DNA of 64,000 bases from Candidatus Latescibacterota bacterium. Lineage in GTDB: Bacteria; Latescibacterota; UBA2968; UBA8231. Positions 1 through 10,265 of this stretch are shown here, in pieces. The translations under genes and the position numbers were made by a program. The notes beneath the pieces were generated by a model. It was not told where the DNA came from. It did no database searches and worked only from the letters and a program-made list of their open reading frames with translations. The stretch is taken from positions 4,512,001-4,576,000 of the forward strand of contig OZ241362.1 in NCBI GenBank assembly GCA_965200315.1, in the 5' to 3' direction. Every line of letters begins with the position of its first letter. The stretch's first letter is position 1.

Positions 1-258
1 CCCCAAGACGGAACCGGGCAGAAGCCGTTGGACGCTCATTTTGTCGAAGGTACGGCGGTAGTGCCGGACGGCGAACACATCGCAGGCGATCAACAGCGGC
101 AGCAACAGGGCCGCCGCATCCGCCACCGAAACCGTCAGCGCCAAAAGCGGGGTGGCCAAAATCCCGATGCCGCCGCCAAAGCCGGCCTTGGCCACCCCCA
201 TCAACAACACGGCCCCGACCGCGCAAACCCAGAAGGCGGCCGGGTAGGTCGGCAGCAC
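1..258 (-). CDS. Sulfite exporter TauE/SafE family membrane protein (5' part; runs off window start)
   Basis: Manual translation from GTG at 258: MLPTYPAAFWVCAVGAVLLMGVAKAGFGGGIGILATPLLAL...LLPLLIACDVFAVRHY; start overlaps the upstream ATPase stop; not in the ORF track. Confidence 0.75.
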   Translation of the reverse strand, partial: MLPTYPAAFWVCAVGAVLLMGVAKAGFGGGIGILATPLLALTVSVADAAALLLPLLIACDVFAVRHYRRTFDKMSVQRLLPGSVLG

Positions 259-1028
259 TATTCGCCTTCTACGTGCGTTACTTCGATATCTAGATCTTCG
301 CGTTTGCGGACGTGATCGACTTGGCCATCTTTGACCCACACCACGCGGTCGGAGACGCTGAGCATCTTGTGGTCGTGGGTCGCCGAGATGACGGTCACAC
401 CGGAATTCTCGTTCATTTCTTTGAGCAATTCGATGATTTCAGTGCCCGTGCGTAGGTCTAGGTTCCCGGTCGGCTCGTCGGCGAGGACGACGGCTGGGTC
501 GTTGGCTAGGGCGCGGGCGACAGCCACGCGCTGCTGCTGGCCACCCGACAGTTCGTAGGGCTTGTGAGAGTACCGCTCGCCAAGACCCACCTTGACCAAC
601 AGCTCCATGCCCTTGTCGCGGGCTTCGTCGCTGGTCAGGCCGGCAAATACCATCGGCAAGGTGACGTTTTCGAGCGCGGTCATCACCGGGATCAAGTTAA
701 AAGACTGGAAGATATAGCCGATCTTGCGGCAGCGCAGCCAAGCTAGCTCATACGCATCGAGCTGGGCGACATCCACCTCGTCGATGTACACCTTGCCCTC
801 CGAGGGCTTATCGAGACCACCGACCATGTTGAAGAAGGTGCTCTTGCCCGAGCCTGAAGGCCCCATGATCGACAGGTACTCGCCAGTGTAGATCTCCATA
901 TCGACGCCGCGCAGGGCGTGAACCTCAATCTCGCCCATCACGTACGTTTTCTTTACCTGTTGGGTCCGTACTACCGTGCGTTTTTCCGCTTCTTGGACAG
1001 CAACCTCGCTCGGGGCGGTTTCGGTCAT
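258..1028 (-). CDS. ABC transporter ATP-binding protein (LolD/MacB-like)
   Basis: Walker A GPSGSGKST, signature LSGGQQQRVAVARAL, Walker B LADEPTGNLD, H-loop ATHD. Confidence 0.95.
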   Translation of the reverse strand: MTETAPSEVAVQEAEKRTVVRTQQVKKTYVMGEIEVHALRGVDMEIYTGEYLSIMGPSGSGKSTFFNMVGGLDKPSEGKVYIDEVDVAQLDAYELAWLRCRKIGYIFQSFNLIPVMTALENVTLPMVFAGLTSDEARDKGMELLVKVGLGERYSHKPYELSGGQQQRVAVARALANDPAVVLADEPTGNLDLRTGTEIIELLKEMNENSGVTVISATHDHKMLSVSDRVVWVKDGQVDHVRKREDLDIEVTHVEGE

Positions 1029-1048
1029 TTCAGATCTCCTCTAAAGAA

Positions 1049-1750
1049 TCAAGTGTCGGAGCGCATGGCTTCGACCGGCTCCATCTTGGCCGCGCGGTAT
1101 GCTGGCAACATGGCACCGACTAGCGAAAGCAAAGTTCCCACCACCAAGGCGTAACCGGCCGATTCGGCGATGCCGCCCAGTGGAAAATAGGTGAACGTGT
1201 AACCGCCGTAATCGAGCAGAGCCAACCCCAGCGTCAGCGCAAAGCCAATGACGATCCCCGCCGAAGTTCCGGCCAACCCCTGAAAGGTCGATTCGAGCAG
1301 GAAGAGCTTGACGATAAAGGTGTCCAAGGCCCCGAGGCACTTCATGGTGCCGATCTCGCGGAACCGCTCGGTCACCGACATCAACATGGCGTTGGCAATG
1401 CCAACGACGCAGACCAACAGCGAGAGACTGATAAGCCAAGCCTGCTTGGATTGCTCTTCCTGCATGCGGGCCTTGGCCTCTGCGGAAGCGTCGCCGGCCT
1501 CCGTGACGCCGGTCTCAATGCCGTTTTTTTGCAACAGCAAGTTGATCTCGCTTTTGTCTGCGTCCCGCAGGCTGCTGATGATTTCGTTGTTGCTCCACAC
1601 CGACATTAAAAAGGCGATGGCCAGAATCACGCCGCTGGTGGTGATCAGCGAGCGGCCAAAGCGAATTTTCAGACTGCGAAAACTAATTTCTACTGCTTTA
1701 CTCATCGGCAGCACGATCTCCCGACCGCCTGCCAAACGCCTCTCAGACAT
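1049..1750 (-). CDS. FtsX/MacB-like ABC transporter permease
   Basis: GIANAMLMSVTERFREIGTMKCLGA and C-terminal PAYRAAKMEPVEAMR motifs; about 4 TM segments. Confidence 0.9.
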   Translation of the reverse strand: MSERRLAGGREIVLPMSKAVEISFRSLKIRFGRSLITTSGVILAIAFLMSVWSNNEIISSLRDADKSEINLLLQKNGIETGVTEAGDASAEAKARMQEEQSKQAWLISLSLLVCVVGIANAMLMSVTERFREIGTMKCLGALDTFIVKLFLLESTFQGLAGTSAGIVIGFALTLGLALLDYGGYTFTYFPLGGIAESAGYALVVGTLLSLVGAMLPAYRAAKMEPVEAMRSDT

Positions 1751-1819
1751 GGTTATTCTCCCAGCGTATGCTCGCGTTCACAATACGTAAATAAAGGTAA
1801 AAAATCAACACTGCCCCAC

Positions 1820-3502
1820 TCAACTGCCCGTCCTAATTTCCACGAGGGGTAGCGGCGCGGAGTCGTGCGCGCCGCGATCGGCAACCATCTCGGCAAAAGC
1901 GACCGGCACCATGCTAACGCGCAAATCCCGCGCGCCCCGCGACTGCACTGGCTGCTCCAAGAACGACGCCATGGCACTCGGAGTGAACACGAGGTGATCA
2001 ATGGCAAAGTCGTTCACCAATGCCTCCAGTTGGCCAACGTGGCCGACCACCGGGCGACCAGCCAGCGGGCAGCCCCGCTGTTGGGAACCATCTCCCACCA
2101 CGCCGATTAGATCGCAGTGGACCATACCCGTGCTCTCTAGCTGATCGACGAAATGCACGGCAACCGCATCCGTTCCCACCAGCAGGGTGCGCAATCGGCC
2201 TTCGCGGCCGCGCTGGTGCAAAAACCAACGCACGACGAAGCGCCAACCGGCGATTAACAGCAAGTTGCAAAACCAAGCCGCGACCACAGCTAGCCGTGAG
2301 AAATTGTAAGCCTTAAAGAAGAACACCAGCATTGCGATGCAGGCAAACCCCAGCGTCACCCCCACTACCGACCACGCCACCGAGTAGCGACGGCGGTCGT
2401 ACAGGCCCGACGCGTAAAACGCCAACAGCCAAACCAAGGTCGAAGCACCGTACACAGCAGCCCATTGCAAATCCGAATACGGAGGCGGCACCAGCCAGCG
2501 CGTCGGCTGGACGTCGAGGCCGAAGAGATTGCCGACTTGCTCAATGCGGTAGATAAAAGGCATCAACTCTTGGTGGTAGCGCACCGCTAATCCCAGCTTC
2601 AAGCCACAGAGCACTAAGCCGGCGTCGATCAGCGGCATAGCCAAGGTGCGCCCCGCCCGGGCGAAGAGGCGGAACGTTCCGTGTAGCGCAATGCCCACCT
2701 GCAAAAGCCACAGCGGGAAGAAGCGATAGCGCCGCGCCATGTGCTTGTTGACAAAAATCGACATGGCTTGGCTCTTGCGATAGAGGATTTTTAGCGGCGT
2801 CCCTCGGCCACTCTCGCCGCGAAAGTGAATGATTGAGGTCGTTGGCACGTAGTAGATCTTCCAGCCGGCTTGGTGGAAGCGATAGCACCAGTCGATGTCC
2901 TCGCCGTACATGAAGTAGTCCTCGTCGAGCAGGCCGATTTGGTCCATGGCCGCTTTGCGCACCATCATGCACGATCCAGATAACACCTCGACTTCAGCCG
3001 TTTGCTCGGGATCGAGATACGTCATGTGGTAGTGGGCGATGAGCGGGTGCTTGGGAAAGAAGCGGCTCAGGCCCGACATCTTGCAGAAGGCAGCCAATGG
3101 CTTGGGAAAGCCGCGGCGGCTGTCGAGCTGCAAGGTGCCGTCCGGGTCGAGGATTTTGCACCCGCAGGCCCCGGCTTCCGGGTGCGCGTCCAAGAACTCT
3201 ACCATCGTGTGCAGCGCATCCTGACGCACAATGGTATCGGTGTTGATCAGTAGCGCATATTCTCCGACTACCTGCCGCAGGGCTACGTTGTTGCCGGCTG
3301 CAAAACCCACATTGGCCGCGTTGCGGATCAGCTTCACTTGCGGGAACTCCTCGGCTACCATGTCAGCGCTGCCGTCTGCCGAGGCATTGTCAACGACGAA
3401 TATCTCCACTTCTAGCCCTTCGGCTGCTGAGAGCACAGAACTCAGGGCCTGTCGGGTCAGGTCGCGGGTATTATAGTTGAGGAAGACGACGCTCAGTCGC
3501 AC
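1820..3502 (-). CDS. GT2 glycosyltransferase fused to a membrane region and a Rossmann-like (CoA-binding) domain
   Basis: VVDNASADGS, NVGFAAGNN, LINTD, YFMYGEDIDWC; C-terminal TM helices plus LLVGT...IGVV...GRPVVG as in sugar-transferase N-terminal regions. Confidence 0.85.
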   Translation of the reverse strand: MRLSVVFLNYNTRDLTRQALSSVLSAAEGLEVEIFVVDNASADGSADMVAEEFPQVKLIRNAANVGFAAGNNVALRQVVGEYALLINTDTIVRQDALHTMVEFLDAHPEAGACGCKILDPDGTLQLDSRRGFPKPLAAFCKMSGLSRFFPKHPLIAHYHMTYLDPEQTAEVEVLSGSCMMVRKAAMDQIGLLDEDYFMYGEDIDWCYRFHQAGWKIYYVPTTSIIHFRGESGRGTPLKILYRKSQAMSIFVNKHMARRYRFFPLWLLQVGIALHGTFRLFARAGRTLAMPLIDAGLVLCGLKLGLAVRYHQELMPFIYRIEQVGNLFGLDVQPTRWLVPPPYSDLQWAAVYGASTLVWLLAFYASGLYDRRRYSVAWSVVGVTLGFACIAMLVFFFKAYNFSRLAVVAAWFCNLLLIAGWRFVVRWFLHQRGREGRLRTLLVGTDAVAVHFVDQLESTGMVHCDLIGVVGDGSQQRGCPLAGRPVVGHVGQLEALVNDFAIDHLVFTPSAMASFLEQPVQSRGARDLRVSMVPVAFAEMVADRGAHDSAPLPLVEIRTGS

Positions 3503-4218
3503 GATCTAGCCCCTCGGTGGCGGCCCATGATCTTGTAGCCGCTGAAGTAGAGAATCTGTTTGGCAAAGAGTAGGTACTCGCGCAGGTCCAGCTTGCTGGT
3601 GCTGAACTGGCGGTTGCGAAAGATAAAAGGCACGGACCGATGCTGCCGATAGCGGCCCTTGACCAAAATTTCGAGCAGAATTTTGTAGCCCGAAGACGTG
3701 AGCACTAAGTCCTGTATCACTTGGCGGCGCAAACAAAAATAACCCGACAGCGGGTCCTCAACCCCGGTTAGCAGACGGGCCGTGCCCACGCCGACTTGCG
3801 AAATCAGCTTGCGGTGCCAAGCCCACCGTTCGACTCGACTAGTCTCCCCAAAGCGGCTACCCATGGCAATATCGCATTCGCGCAGGCTGCGTACGAGCTT
3901 GGGCAGGATCGCCGGGTCGTGGCTCAAGTCGGCGTCTATCACCCCGAGGTATGGTCGCACCGACTGCGCAAAACCCGCCATCACCGCCGACCCCAAGCCG
4001 AGCTTGCCCGGCCGATGTACCACCTCGACGGGATAGTGGGCCCCCAGCGATTCGGCCACCTCGCCGGTGCCGTCGGGCGAGTTGTCATCTACTACGATAA
4101 GCTCCAAGTCGATATCTGACTCTTGGCCGACGATCGCGAAGATTTCTTCGGCCAAAAGCGGCAGATTTTCCCGCTCATTGTACGTGGGCGTCACCAGCGA
4201 AATCTGTGTGGGGTCCAT
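3493..4218 (-). CDS. Polyprenol monophosphomannose synthase-like GT2
   Basis: PTYNEREN, VVDDNSPDGTG, GKLGLGSA, DADLSHDP, DPLSGYF, GYKILLEIL. Confidence 0.9.
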   Translation of the reverse strand: MDPTQISLVTPTYNERENLPLLAEEIFAIVGQESDIDLELIVVDDNSPDGTGEVAESLGAHYPVEVVHRPGKLGLGSAVMAGFAQSVRPYLGVIDADLSHDPAILPKLVRSLRECDIAMGSRFGETSRVERWAWHRKLISQVGVGTARLLTGVEDPLSGYFCLRRQVIQDLVLTSSGYKILLEILVKGRYRQHRSVPFIFRNRQFSTSKLDLREYLLFAKQILYFSGYKIMGRHRGARSCD

Positions 4219-4227
4219 GAGGATAGG

Positions 4228-5127
4228 CTAGCGGGCAAATTGGGGAAAGTCGCGGCGAAAAAGCGGGTCCGCAACGAGGCATTGCAGTCCCTCGGCAAAG
4301 CTCAGGGGCCGGCGACCGAGCGCGGCTTCCAGCGCGTCGGTACGCAGACCGGAGCGCAGGGGGCGCTCGGCTGGCAGCCCGGCTGCGCGGGTCGGCACAG
4401 GTTCGATCAATGCGCCGTCAATGCCAAAGAAACAGGCTATCTCCCGCGCCATCTCCCAGCGCGTCATAAAAGTCGCTCCGCCGGTGTGCAACAGGCCCCG
4501 CGCCTCTTGGCCGCACAGGGCCACCAAGGCGCGGGCCAAATCGCGGATATAGGTCGGGTTGCCCCACTGATCGGCAAAGACCCGCAGGGACTGACCGCTA
4601 GACAGCCCCCGCAACACCCAAGTGAGGAAGTTAGACCCGGCCTGCGGGACATAGCCGTACAGCCACAGGGTCCGCACGACTAGCACCCGCTCCATTTTCT
4701 TTAATATGCCCTCGCTTTCGAGTTTGAGCTGGCCGTAGCAAGACAGCGGATGGGTCGCATCTCTTTCGCCGTAGGGGCCGCGCTTGCCGTCGAAGACGTA
4801 ATCCGTGGAAATATGGACCAAGCCTGCGCCGGTCGCCTCGCAGGCCGCTGCCAGGTTCTCGGGAATATCGACGTTGGCTTGCCGCGCGGCCCGCGCGTCT
4901 TTTTCGCAGCCATCGACATCAGTCATGGCCGCGGCGTTGATCACCCAATCGGGTGCTAGTTCGGCGACGAGTGTGGCTACGGACTTGCGGTCGGCTAGGT
5001 CGACTTGGCAATAGGGAATGCCCGCGCCCGCGGGCCGGCGGCCGCAACCCATCCACTCGGCTTCCCCTGCCAAGGAGAGCAGAGTACGGCCCAAAAAGCC
5101 CGTGGCACCTGTCACCAAAATTCTCAT
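4228..5127 (-). CDS. rfbD: dTDP-4-dehydrorhamnose reductase family SDR
   Basis: MRILVTGATGFLG, NAAAMTDVDGCE, HISTDYVFDG, YGQLKLESE, DQWGNPT; start placed at the ATG overlapping the upstream stop. Confidence 0.85.
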   Translation of the reverse strand: MRILVTGATGFLGRTLLSLAGEAEWMGCGRRPAGAGIPYCQVDLADRKSVATLVAELAPDWVINAAAMTDVDGCEKDARAARQANVDIPENLAAACEATGAGLVHISTDYVFDGKRGPYGERDATHPLSCYGQLKLESEGILKKMERVLVVRTLWLYGYVPQAGSNFLTWVLRGLSSGQSLRVFADQWGNPTYIRDLARALVALCGQEARGLLHTGGATFMTRWEMAREIACFFGIDGALIEPVPTRAAGLPAERPLRSGLRTDALEAALGRRPLSFAEGLQCLVADPLFRRDFPQFAR

Positions 5128-6569
5128 AGCGGTGGGCCGTACAGCAGCACGGCCCGCGCCCACGCGCTATGCGCTCGGTCGGGCGACAAGCGCGGCTTGC
5201 TGGCCAAGGCGCCCACGCGCTCGGCACGGCCCTGTCGCCCGTAGAGCTGGAGAGCGAGGGCCTCTCCAATGTGCGGCAGTGGGCTGAGATCAGCGGGGTG
5301 GTCGTACGATCTTTCGATAAAATGCACAACCTGCTCGGCAGCCGCGGCAAAGCGCTCCTCCCCGCTCCACTCGCCCAACTCCCATAGAGCCAATGCCACC
5401 AAGGCTTGATCGACGAGCAGACCCGCGCTGCCTTCGCTGTCTGAGCCACAGACGTGCTGCACCCGGCCACGACCGTCGATGCAGCGGTTGAGGAGCACAT
5501 CGCCAGCTTGCAGGGCCACCTGAGCAGCGCGGTCGTCACCTAGCGCAGCGGCTGCAGCAAGATAGGCTCGTATCAGGGCCGCTTGGCGGTCGGCGTAGAG
5601 CGCGGGGTCGGTCCACCAAGTGTCGGCCATGACTTGGCGGCCGCGGAACACACCTTCGGCTTTGTCAAAGAGTGTATCCTCCACAAAGCCGAGCAACGCT
5701 CTGGCCGACTCGGCGTAGCGGGACTGGCCAGCCTCCAGCAACAGATGCAGCATGGCCGCCTGATCAAGGGCATCCCGCTCATTCGCAGGTGCGCTCCAAT
5801 CCGGTGTGTATGAGTACGCGCGAAAACCACCGCTGTCCCCGAGCGGCGAGGCGAGCACTGCATCCAAGCTGGCCAAGGCCATCTGACGCGCCGACGCTGC
5901 GCCTCGCACCTCGGCATAGGTGAGCAGGAAGCGCAACGTCGAAATTTCGAGAAACTTGGTCGGGCCTCCGAAGCCGCCGTGGGCCGAGTCAAAAGCGGCC
6001 GCACACGCGCGGTAAACACCATCTATTGCAACAGGTTTCTCAACCTTGGGACGGGCAGTGGTGCGCTGCACCTTGGCGACGATTACTTCGCGCTTTTCTT
6101 CGTAGGTGGTGCGCAACCGGCGCAGATAAGACTCGACGTTGGCTGGCGGAATATCCACGGCCCGCGCGAAAATCCGCCCATCCGGCAGGGCCACCACCAA
6201 GGCCGGCCAACCGCCGCTGTCGTAGCGCCGAGCGATGTCCGGCCGCTTGAATGGATCGACCCGCACACTGACGAATTTCTCGGCGACCAGTTGGCGCAAC
6301 GCCGGCGTCGGCGCGGGAAACAGGCCCTCGCATCCTGGGGCAGCCAAATACACCAATATGGGATGGTCCTCGCGTTGAGCACGTGCGAACAAAGACTCGT
6401 CCCAAGCACCCCAAGGCACCTCGCCATCAACCCACTGCCACTCGGCCAAAACGGGCTGCGCGCTGCGAGCCGCTTCTTCTTGCGGCGGTTCCTCTGGGAT
6501 GGCGCATCCAGCCAACATTAGCAGCGCCAGTAGCTTGGCCTTAAATTGATACATCTCTTTTATATTCAA
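5124..6569 (-). CDS. DUF255/YyaL-like thioredoxin-fold plus alpha-barrel lipoprotein
   Basis: Lipobox LAGC; FARAQREDHPILV, VRVDPFKRPDIARRY, GGWP, FDSAHGGFGGPTKF. Confidence 0.7.
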   Translation of the reverse strand: MNIKEMYQFKAKLLALLMLAGCAIPEEPPQEEAARSAQPVLAEWQWVDGEVPWGAWDESLFARAQREDHPILVYLAAPGCEGLFPAPTPALRQLVAEKFVSVRVDPFKRPDIARRYDSGGWPALVVALPDGRIFARAVDIPPANVESYLRRLRTTYEEKREVIVAKVQRTTARPKVEKPVAIDGVYRACAAAFDSAHGGFGGPTKFLEISTLRFLLTYAEVRGAASARQMALASLDAVLASPLGDSGGFRAYSYTPDWSAPANERDALDQAAMLHLLLEAGQSRYAESARALLGFVEDTLFDKAEGVFRGRQVMADTWWTDPALYADRQAALIRAYLAAAAALGDDRAAQVALQAGDVLLNRCIDGRGRVQHVCGSDSEGSAGLLVDQALVALALWELGEWSGEERFAAAAEQVVHFIERSYDHPADLSPLPHIGEALALQLYGRQGRAERVGALASKPRLSPDRAHSAWARAVLLYGPPL

Positions 6570-6761
6570 TGAGTTCGGGATAATTTATAAAGGAAAGGAT
6601 TTTTAATGTACGGCATGCCCCTGTGAGCGTCAAGCAAATCCCAAGGGAGCGGGCTTTTTGCGCCGGGTGGTTTGGCCTATGTTAGTGGCCAGGCCCCGCG
6701 CCCGTAGGGGCTGGGAGTTGGGAGGACTGCTCACTAACCACTAACTACTGAGGATCACGCC

Positions 6762-7745
6762 ATGAATCCACTCGAAAAAGTTACCCTCGGCAGTGGCGGC
6801 CTGCGCGTCACCCGCCTCGGCTTGGGCTGCGCCTCTATCGGCGGTCTATACGGCGACATACCCGACGACCAAGCCGTCGCCGTCGTACACCGCGCCCTGT
6901 CTTTGGGCCTGAACCTCTTAGACACCGCACCGCTGTACGGGTCGGGCAAAAGCGAAATCCGCCTCGGGCAGGCCCTCGTAGGCGTGCCGCGCGACAGCTA
7001 TGTGCTCGCGTCCAAAGTGGGGCGCGTCTTGGTCCCAACCGAACAAGACCAACAGGTGGGTGCGTTCAAGGACTCGGCCCCGTACCAACCCGTGTTCGAC
7101 TTCAGCTACGACGGCGTTATGCGCTCCTTTGAAGACAGCCTCAAACGCCTAGGCATAGAGCGCATCGACATTCTCCACATCCACGACCCGGACAACCACT
7201 GGCAGGAAGCCATCGACAATGCGTACCCCGCGCTCGACACGCTGCGCAGCGAGGGTATTATCCGCGCCGTTAGTGCGGGCATGAACCAATGGGAAATGCT
7301 GGCCCGCTTTGCCCGCGAGGGCGATTTCGACTGCTTCCTCCTCGCCGGACGCTACAGCTTACTCGACCAAGGCGCGCTCGACGAACTCTTGCCACTGTGC
7401 GTGGAAAAGAACATCGGCATCATGGCCGGCGGCACGTACAACAGCGGCATCTTGGCCAAAGGCGCGCACCCGGGCGCGACTTACAACTACCGAGAAGCGC
7501 CGCCCGAAATTGCGGCTAGAGCCAAATCCCTAGAGGCTGTGGCCGCTCGCCACCAAGTTGATCTGCGAGCGGCGGCCTCGCAATTCGTCTTTGCCCATCC
7601 GGCCATCACCTGCATCATCCCCGGGACGCGGCAACCCGAGCGCGTACAAGAGAATTTCAACTTGCTTACTCAGGAGATCCCCGCCTCGTTTTGGGCCGAA
7701 CTCCGCGACGAGGGCTTAGTCCGCGACGACGCCCCGCTGCCGTGA
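6762..7745 (+). CDS. Aldo/keto reductase (L-fucose/D-threo-aldose dehydrogenase-like)
   Basis: LGLGCASIG, DTAPLYGSGKSE, SKVGR, FDFSYDGVMRSFEDSL, IHDPD, LLAGRYSLLDQ. Confidence 0.92.
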   Translation: MNPLEKVTLGSGGLRVTRLGLGCASIGGLYGDIPDDQAVAVVHRALSLGLNLLDTAPLYGSGKSEIRLGQALVGVPRDSYVLASKVGRVLVPTEQDQQVGAFKDSAPYQPVFDFSYDGVMRSFEDSLKRLGIERIDILHIHDPDNHWQEAIDNAYPALDTLRSEGIIRAVSAGMNQWEMLARFAREGDFDCFLLAGRYSLLDQGALDELLPLCVEKNIGIMAGGTYNSGILAKGAHPGATYNYREAPPEIAARAKSLEAVAARHQVDLRAAASQFVFAHPAITCIIPGTRQPERVQENFNLLTQEIPASFWAELRDEGLVRDDAPLP

Positions 7746-7772
7746 GCTTGTGCATTGCCGGCAGCGCGGATT

Positions 7773-7874
7773 TTTCAAGCGCACTATCCCCAATGGCAAT
7801 GCGAATACGACATCGAGCAGACGCTGCGGGAAACAGTGGAGGCAGCCCAAGAGCGAGAGGCCGATAGGGCATGA
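7773..7874 (+). pseudogene. Orphan 3' fragment of an NAD-dependent sugar epimerase (CDP-paratose 2-epimerase-like)
   Basis: Manual translation FQAHYPQWQCEYDIEQTLRETVEAAQEREADRA*; resembles from memory the C-terminus of that family; no start or 5' part. Confidence 0.4.
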
Positions 7875-7905
7875 ATGACCCCTATACCGCGACCTACGCT
7901 CCAAG

Positions 7906-8890
7906 CTACTTGAGGTAAAGCAACCGTCGGGTCTGGACTTCGCCGGAGTAGTGCAGACGGCTGAGATAGACGCCCGCCGCTACTGGGCCCCCACTGGTCG
8001 CGGGCGTCCCAGTGGACCTAATAAAAGCCGGTGGCCTGGAACTCATCTGCCAGTGTATGCATCGGCTGTCCCAGAACATTAGTAGATCTCCAGTCTCACC
8101 GGGCCAGGGGTGGCCAAGCGATAGGCGATCTGGGTGCTGGCATTGAAGAGATTGAGGAAATTGGGATATAGGCCACTGATGATCGACGTCACCGCCTTGG
8201 CCGCACCCGGATCGTCTGGATTGTTTTCACGCATGAGGACCTGCACCTCAATGGCCGACAATGTTCCATCGTATATTCTGAGGTCGTCCGACGCACCCGA
8301 GAGAACCTGCCCCGCGTCGCCCCCCCCACCGAACGTATCCTGATCTTGACCGAGAATGAGCCCTCCCGCCTCGACCTTGAGTGTGTCGTACGCCAAGTGC
8401 CCACAATGCTTGGTATACCCCTCGCCATCAATGAAAAAGTCGGCATGGCCCCGCGAGGCATTGCGAATCACGGCAAAGTGGTGCCAAGTGCCGTCGGCAA
8501 TCGGTTGGATTTCTACGTCGCACCAGACCTGATTTCTCCCCACTCTCCCATGCGAATAGAAGCGGATCAGGCCTTCGTTCAAAAAAAGACAATATATTCG
8601 TTGTCGTTGAGTTGGTTGGCGCCGCTGACAATGGTTTGATCCCCAGACTTGGAGGTTTTCAACCAGAAGGCGATGGTCACATCCAGCCGGCCATCGAGCA
8701 CTTTGTGCGGCAGGTCAATGCGATGGTCAGTACCGTGGAAGAGAATAGTACTATCTTCGTTGCCAAAGCGATCCCATGTAGGTTCGGGGCCAGACAGGGT
8801 GCCGTGGTACTCGTTTCCACTGACGTCTCGGACATTGCCATTGAAGGGGTATAATGGGCAATCAATTCGGCTTCTCTGACCTTCCACCAT
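7906..8890 (-). pseudogene. Degraded LamG/pentraxin-domain protein with FlgD/T9SS-like C-terminal sorting domain
   Basis: LamG motifs (YPFNGN...DVSGN, TIAFWLKT, WHHFAV, LILGQDQD, DDLRIYD) split by a frameshift at the A7 run ~8581; tail PNFLNLFNASTQIAYRL...LEIY/NVLGQ...VHWDARD...VQTRRLLYLK* has further frameshifts and an internal stop. Confidence 0.8.
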
Positions 8891-8948
8891 CCTGTTATTT
8901 CGCGACAGCTCTTTTGTCTCTCTTTTTATAGCTAGAAGCTATTAGAAG

Positions 8949-9797
8949 CTATCCGTTTAGCTCAAAGGCTCGTTGTTTGATGGCAGCGAACTGAGGGATG
9001 GACACCTTGCGTAGAGTCTCCACCACCTCTTTCCCCTCTAGAGAGCAGCCCGTCTCTTTCTCGTAGGCTAAAGCCACCCGTTGGCTTCCTAGGGAGTGGA
9101 CCAAATCCAACACGTCGGAGCTCCATCGTGGGCTATCCCCGTGGAATATACCCCGCCAGCCCTGTTTATCTACTTGCTTGACTGAGCAGAAACCACAAGA
9201 ACGCAACATGGCCTTTACACATTGGGCCGTGGGAGTCCACCAAGTCGTTGGATCGGCATTGACTTGCGCCCCTTCGCAAAAGCGCATAGAAGGGCTGCGA
9301 TTGTCCGGGCCTAGCAGACGGCGCTTGAGCCCCCCCCACAAGCCAAAAGGGGAGTCTAAACGCGTTTCCAAAATCAGCTTTTCGCGACACAAGCTTGCGA
9401 TGCGCTCTATACCAAGGAGGGGGTGGCGCAAGTGGTAGAGAACGCCCAGAAACAGGACGATATCAAAGCATCCATCCTCGTCTGGATCCAAACTGAACAA
9501 GTCTGCTTGGCGAAATTCCACTTTTGAATTAAGCAAGGTATGGGCCATGTGAAAACCGGACGGCGAGTCAACCAAGGGCGAACTGTAATTGTCCACGGCT
9601 AGGACACGAGAAGCCCCCCGACGCTCACATTCAAAGCTATAGAACCCATCTGAACAGCCGATATCAAGCACTGTCTTGCCGGAAAGATCCTCAGGTAGCT
9701 GCAACCGCTTAAGCAGGGCCGGCGAGTCCTGTACCCCCGGAGTTACTGTACCGTCGGGTAAGGAAATGCGGTGCCGCCACCGTGGTACATTCGTCAT
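8949..9797 (-). CDS. SAM-dependent methyltransferase (DUF1698/CmoB-like)
   Basis: LPEDLSGKTVLDIGCSDGFYSF, FDIVLFLGVLYHLRHP, TWWTPT. Confidence 0.85.
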   Translation of the reverse strand: MTNVPRWRHRISLPDGTVTPGVQDSPALLKRLQLPEDLSGKTVLDIGCSDGFYSFECERRGASRVLAVDNYSSPLVDSPSGFHMAHTLLNSKVEFRQADLFSLDPDEDGCFDIVLFLGVLYHLRHPLLGIERIASLCREKLILETRLDSPFGLWGGLKRRLLGPDNRSPSMRFCEGAQVNADPTTWWTPTAQCVKAMLRSCGFCSVKQVDKQGWRGIFHGDSPRWSSDVLDLVHSLGSQRVALAYEKETGCSLEGKEVVETLRKVSIPQFAAIKQRAFELNG

Positions 9798-9813
9798 GTT
9801 CGAATACGCTCGG

Positions 9814-9864
9814 AAAAAAAGGATGGACAGAGATCCCCGAAGGACTCGGGCCGTTGTCCATCCT
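9814..9864 (-). terminator. Terminator-like hairpin with U-tract just upstream of the methyltransferase
   Basis: AGGATGGACA (9820-9829) / TGTCCATCCT (9855-9864) outer stem, CCCGA/TCGGG inner stem; A-run 9814-9820 reads as a U-tract on the minus strand. Confidence 0.5.
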
Positions 9865-9995
9865 CATGGGAGAAGCTCTACCTAGTTATCAAAAGGCTCT
9901 TGTATTTGGCAGATAACCCGAAAAACCACAACACAGCGTACAGCCGTACAGCGAGGGGATAGACCCGGCCAAAATAGCGATGAGAAACCCGTATG

Positions 9996-10265
9996 TCAAT
10001 CAGCGTCACTAACTACCCGGTAGCCTATTACGCCGTCGTACTTGTAAAATTGCTCCAGAGGCAAACCGGCCTCCAAATAGTGCCGGATCGGCGCGTAACC
10101 GCTATAAGACGGATGTACGAACACATAGCCCAAGTTGACAGCTTGCACCAGATCCCGCAGCGATCCTGAGTGTGGGGCCTGCTTTAATGGCGCGTCGGAG
10201 AGAAAGCGATGCACCGAGTTGCTGCTCAGTAGTCGATCGCGCAAAAAGTTTGGCAAATGAGACAA
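9996..10265 (-). CDS. Hypothetical protein or gene fragment
   Basis: 89-aa ORF in the same orientation as its neighbours; may be the C-terminal remnant of a membrane glycosyltransferase-like gene. Confidence 0.3.
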   Translation of the reverse strand: MSHLPNFLRDRLLSSNSVHRFLSDAPLKQAPHSGSLRDLVQAVNLGYVFVHPSYSGYAPIRHYLEAGLPLEQFYKYDGVIGYRVVSDAD

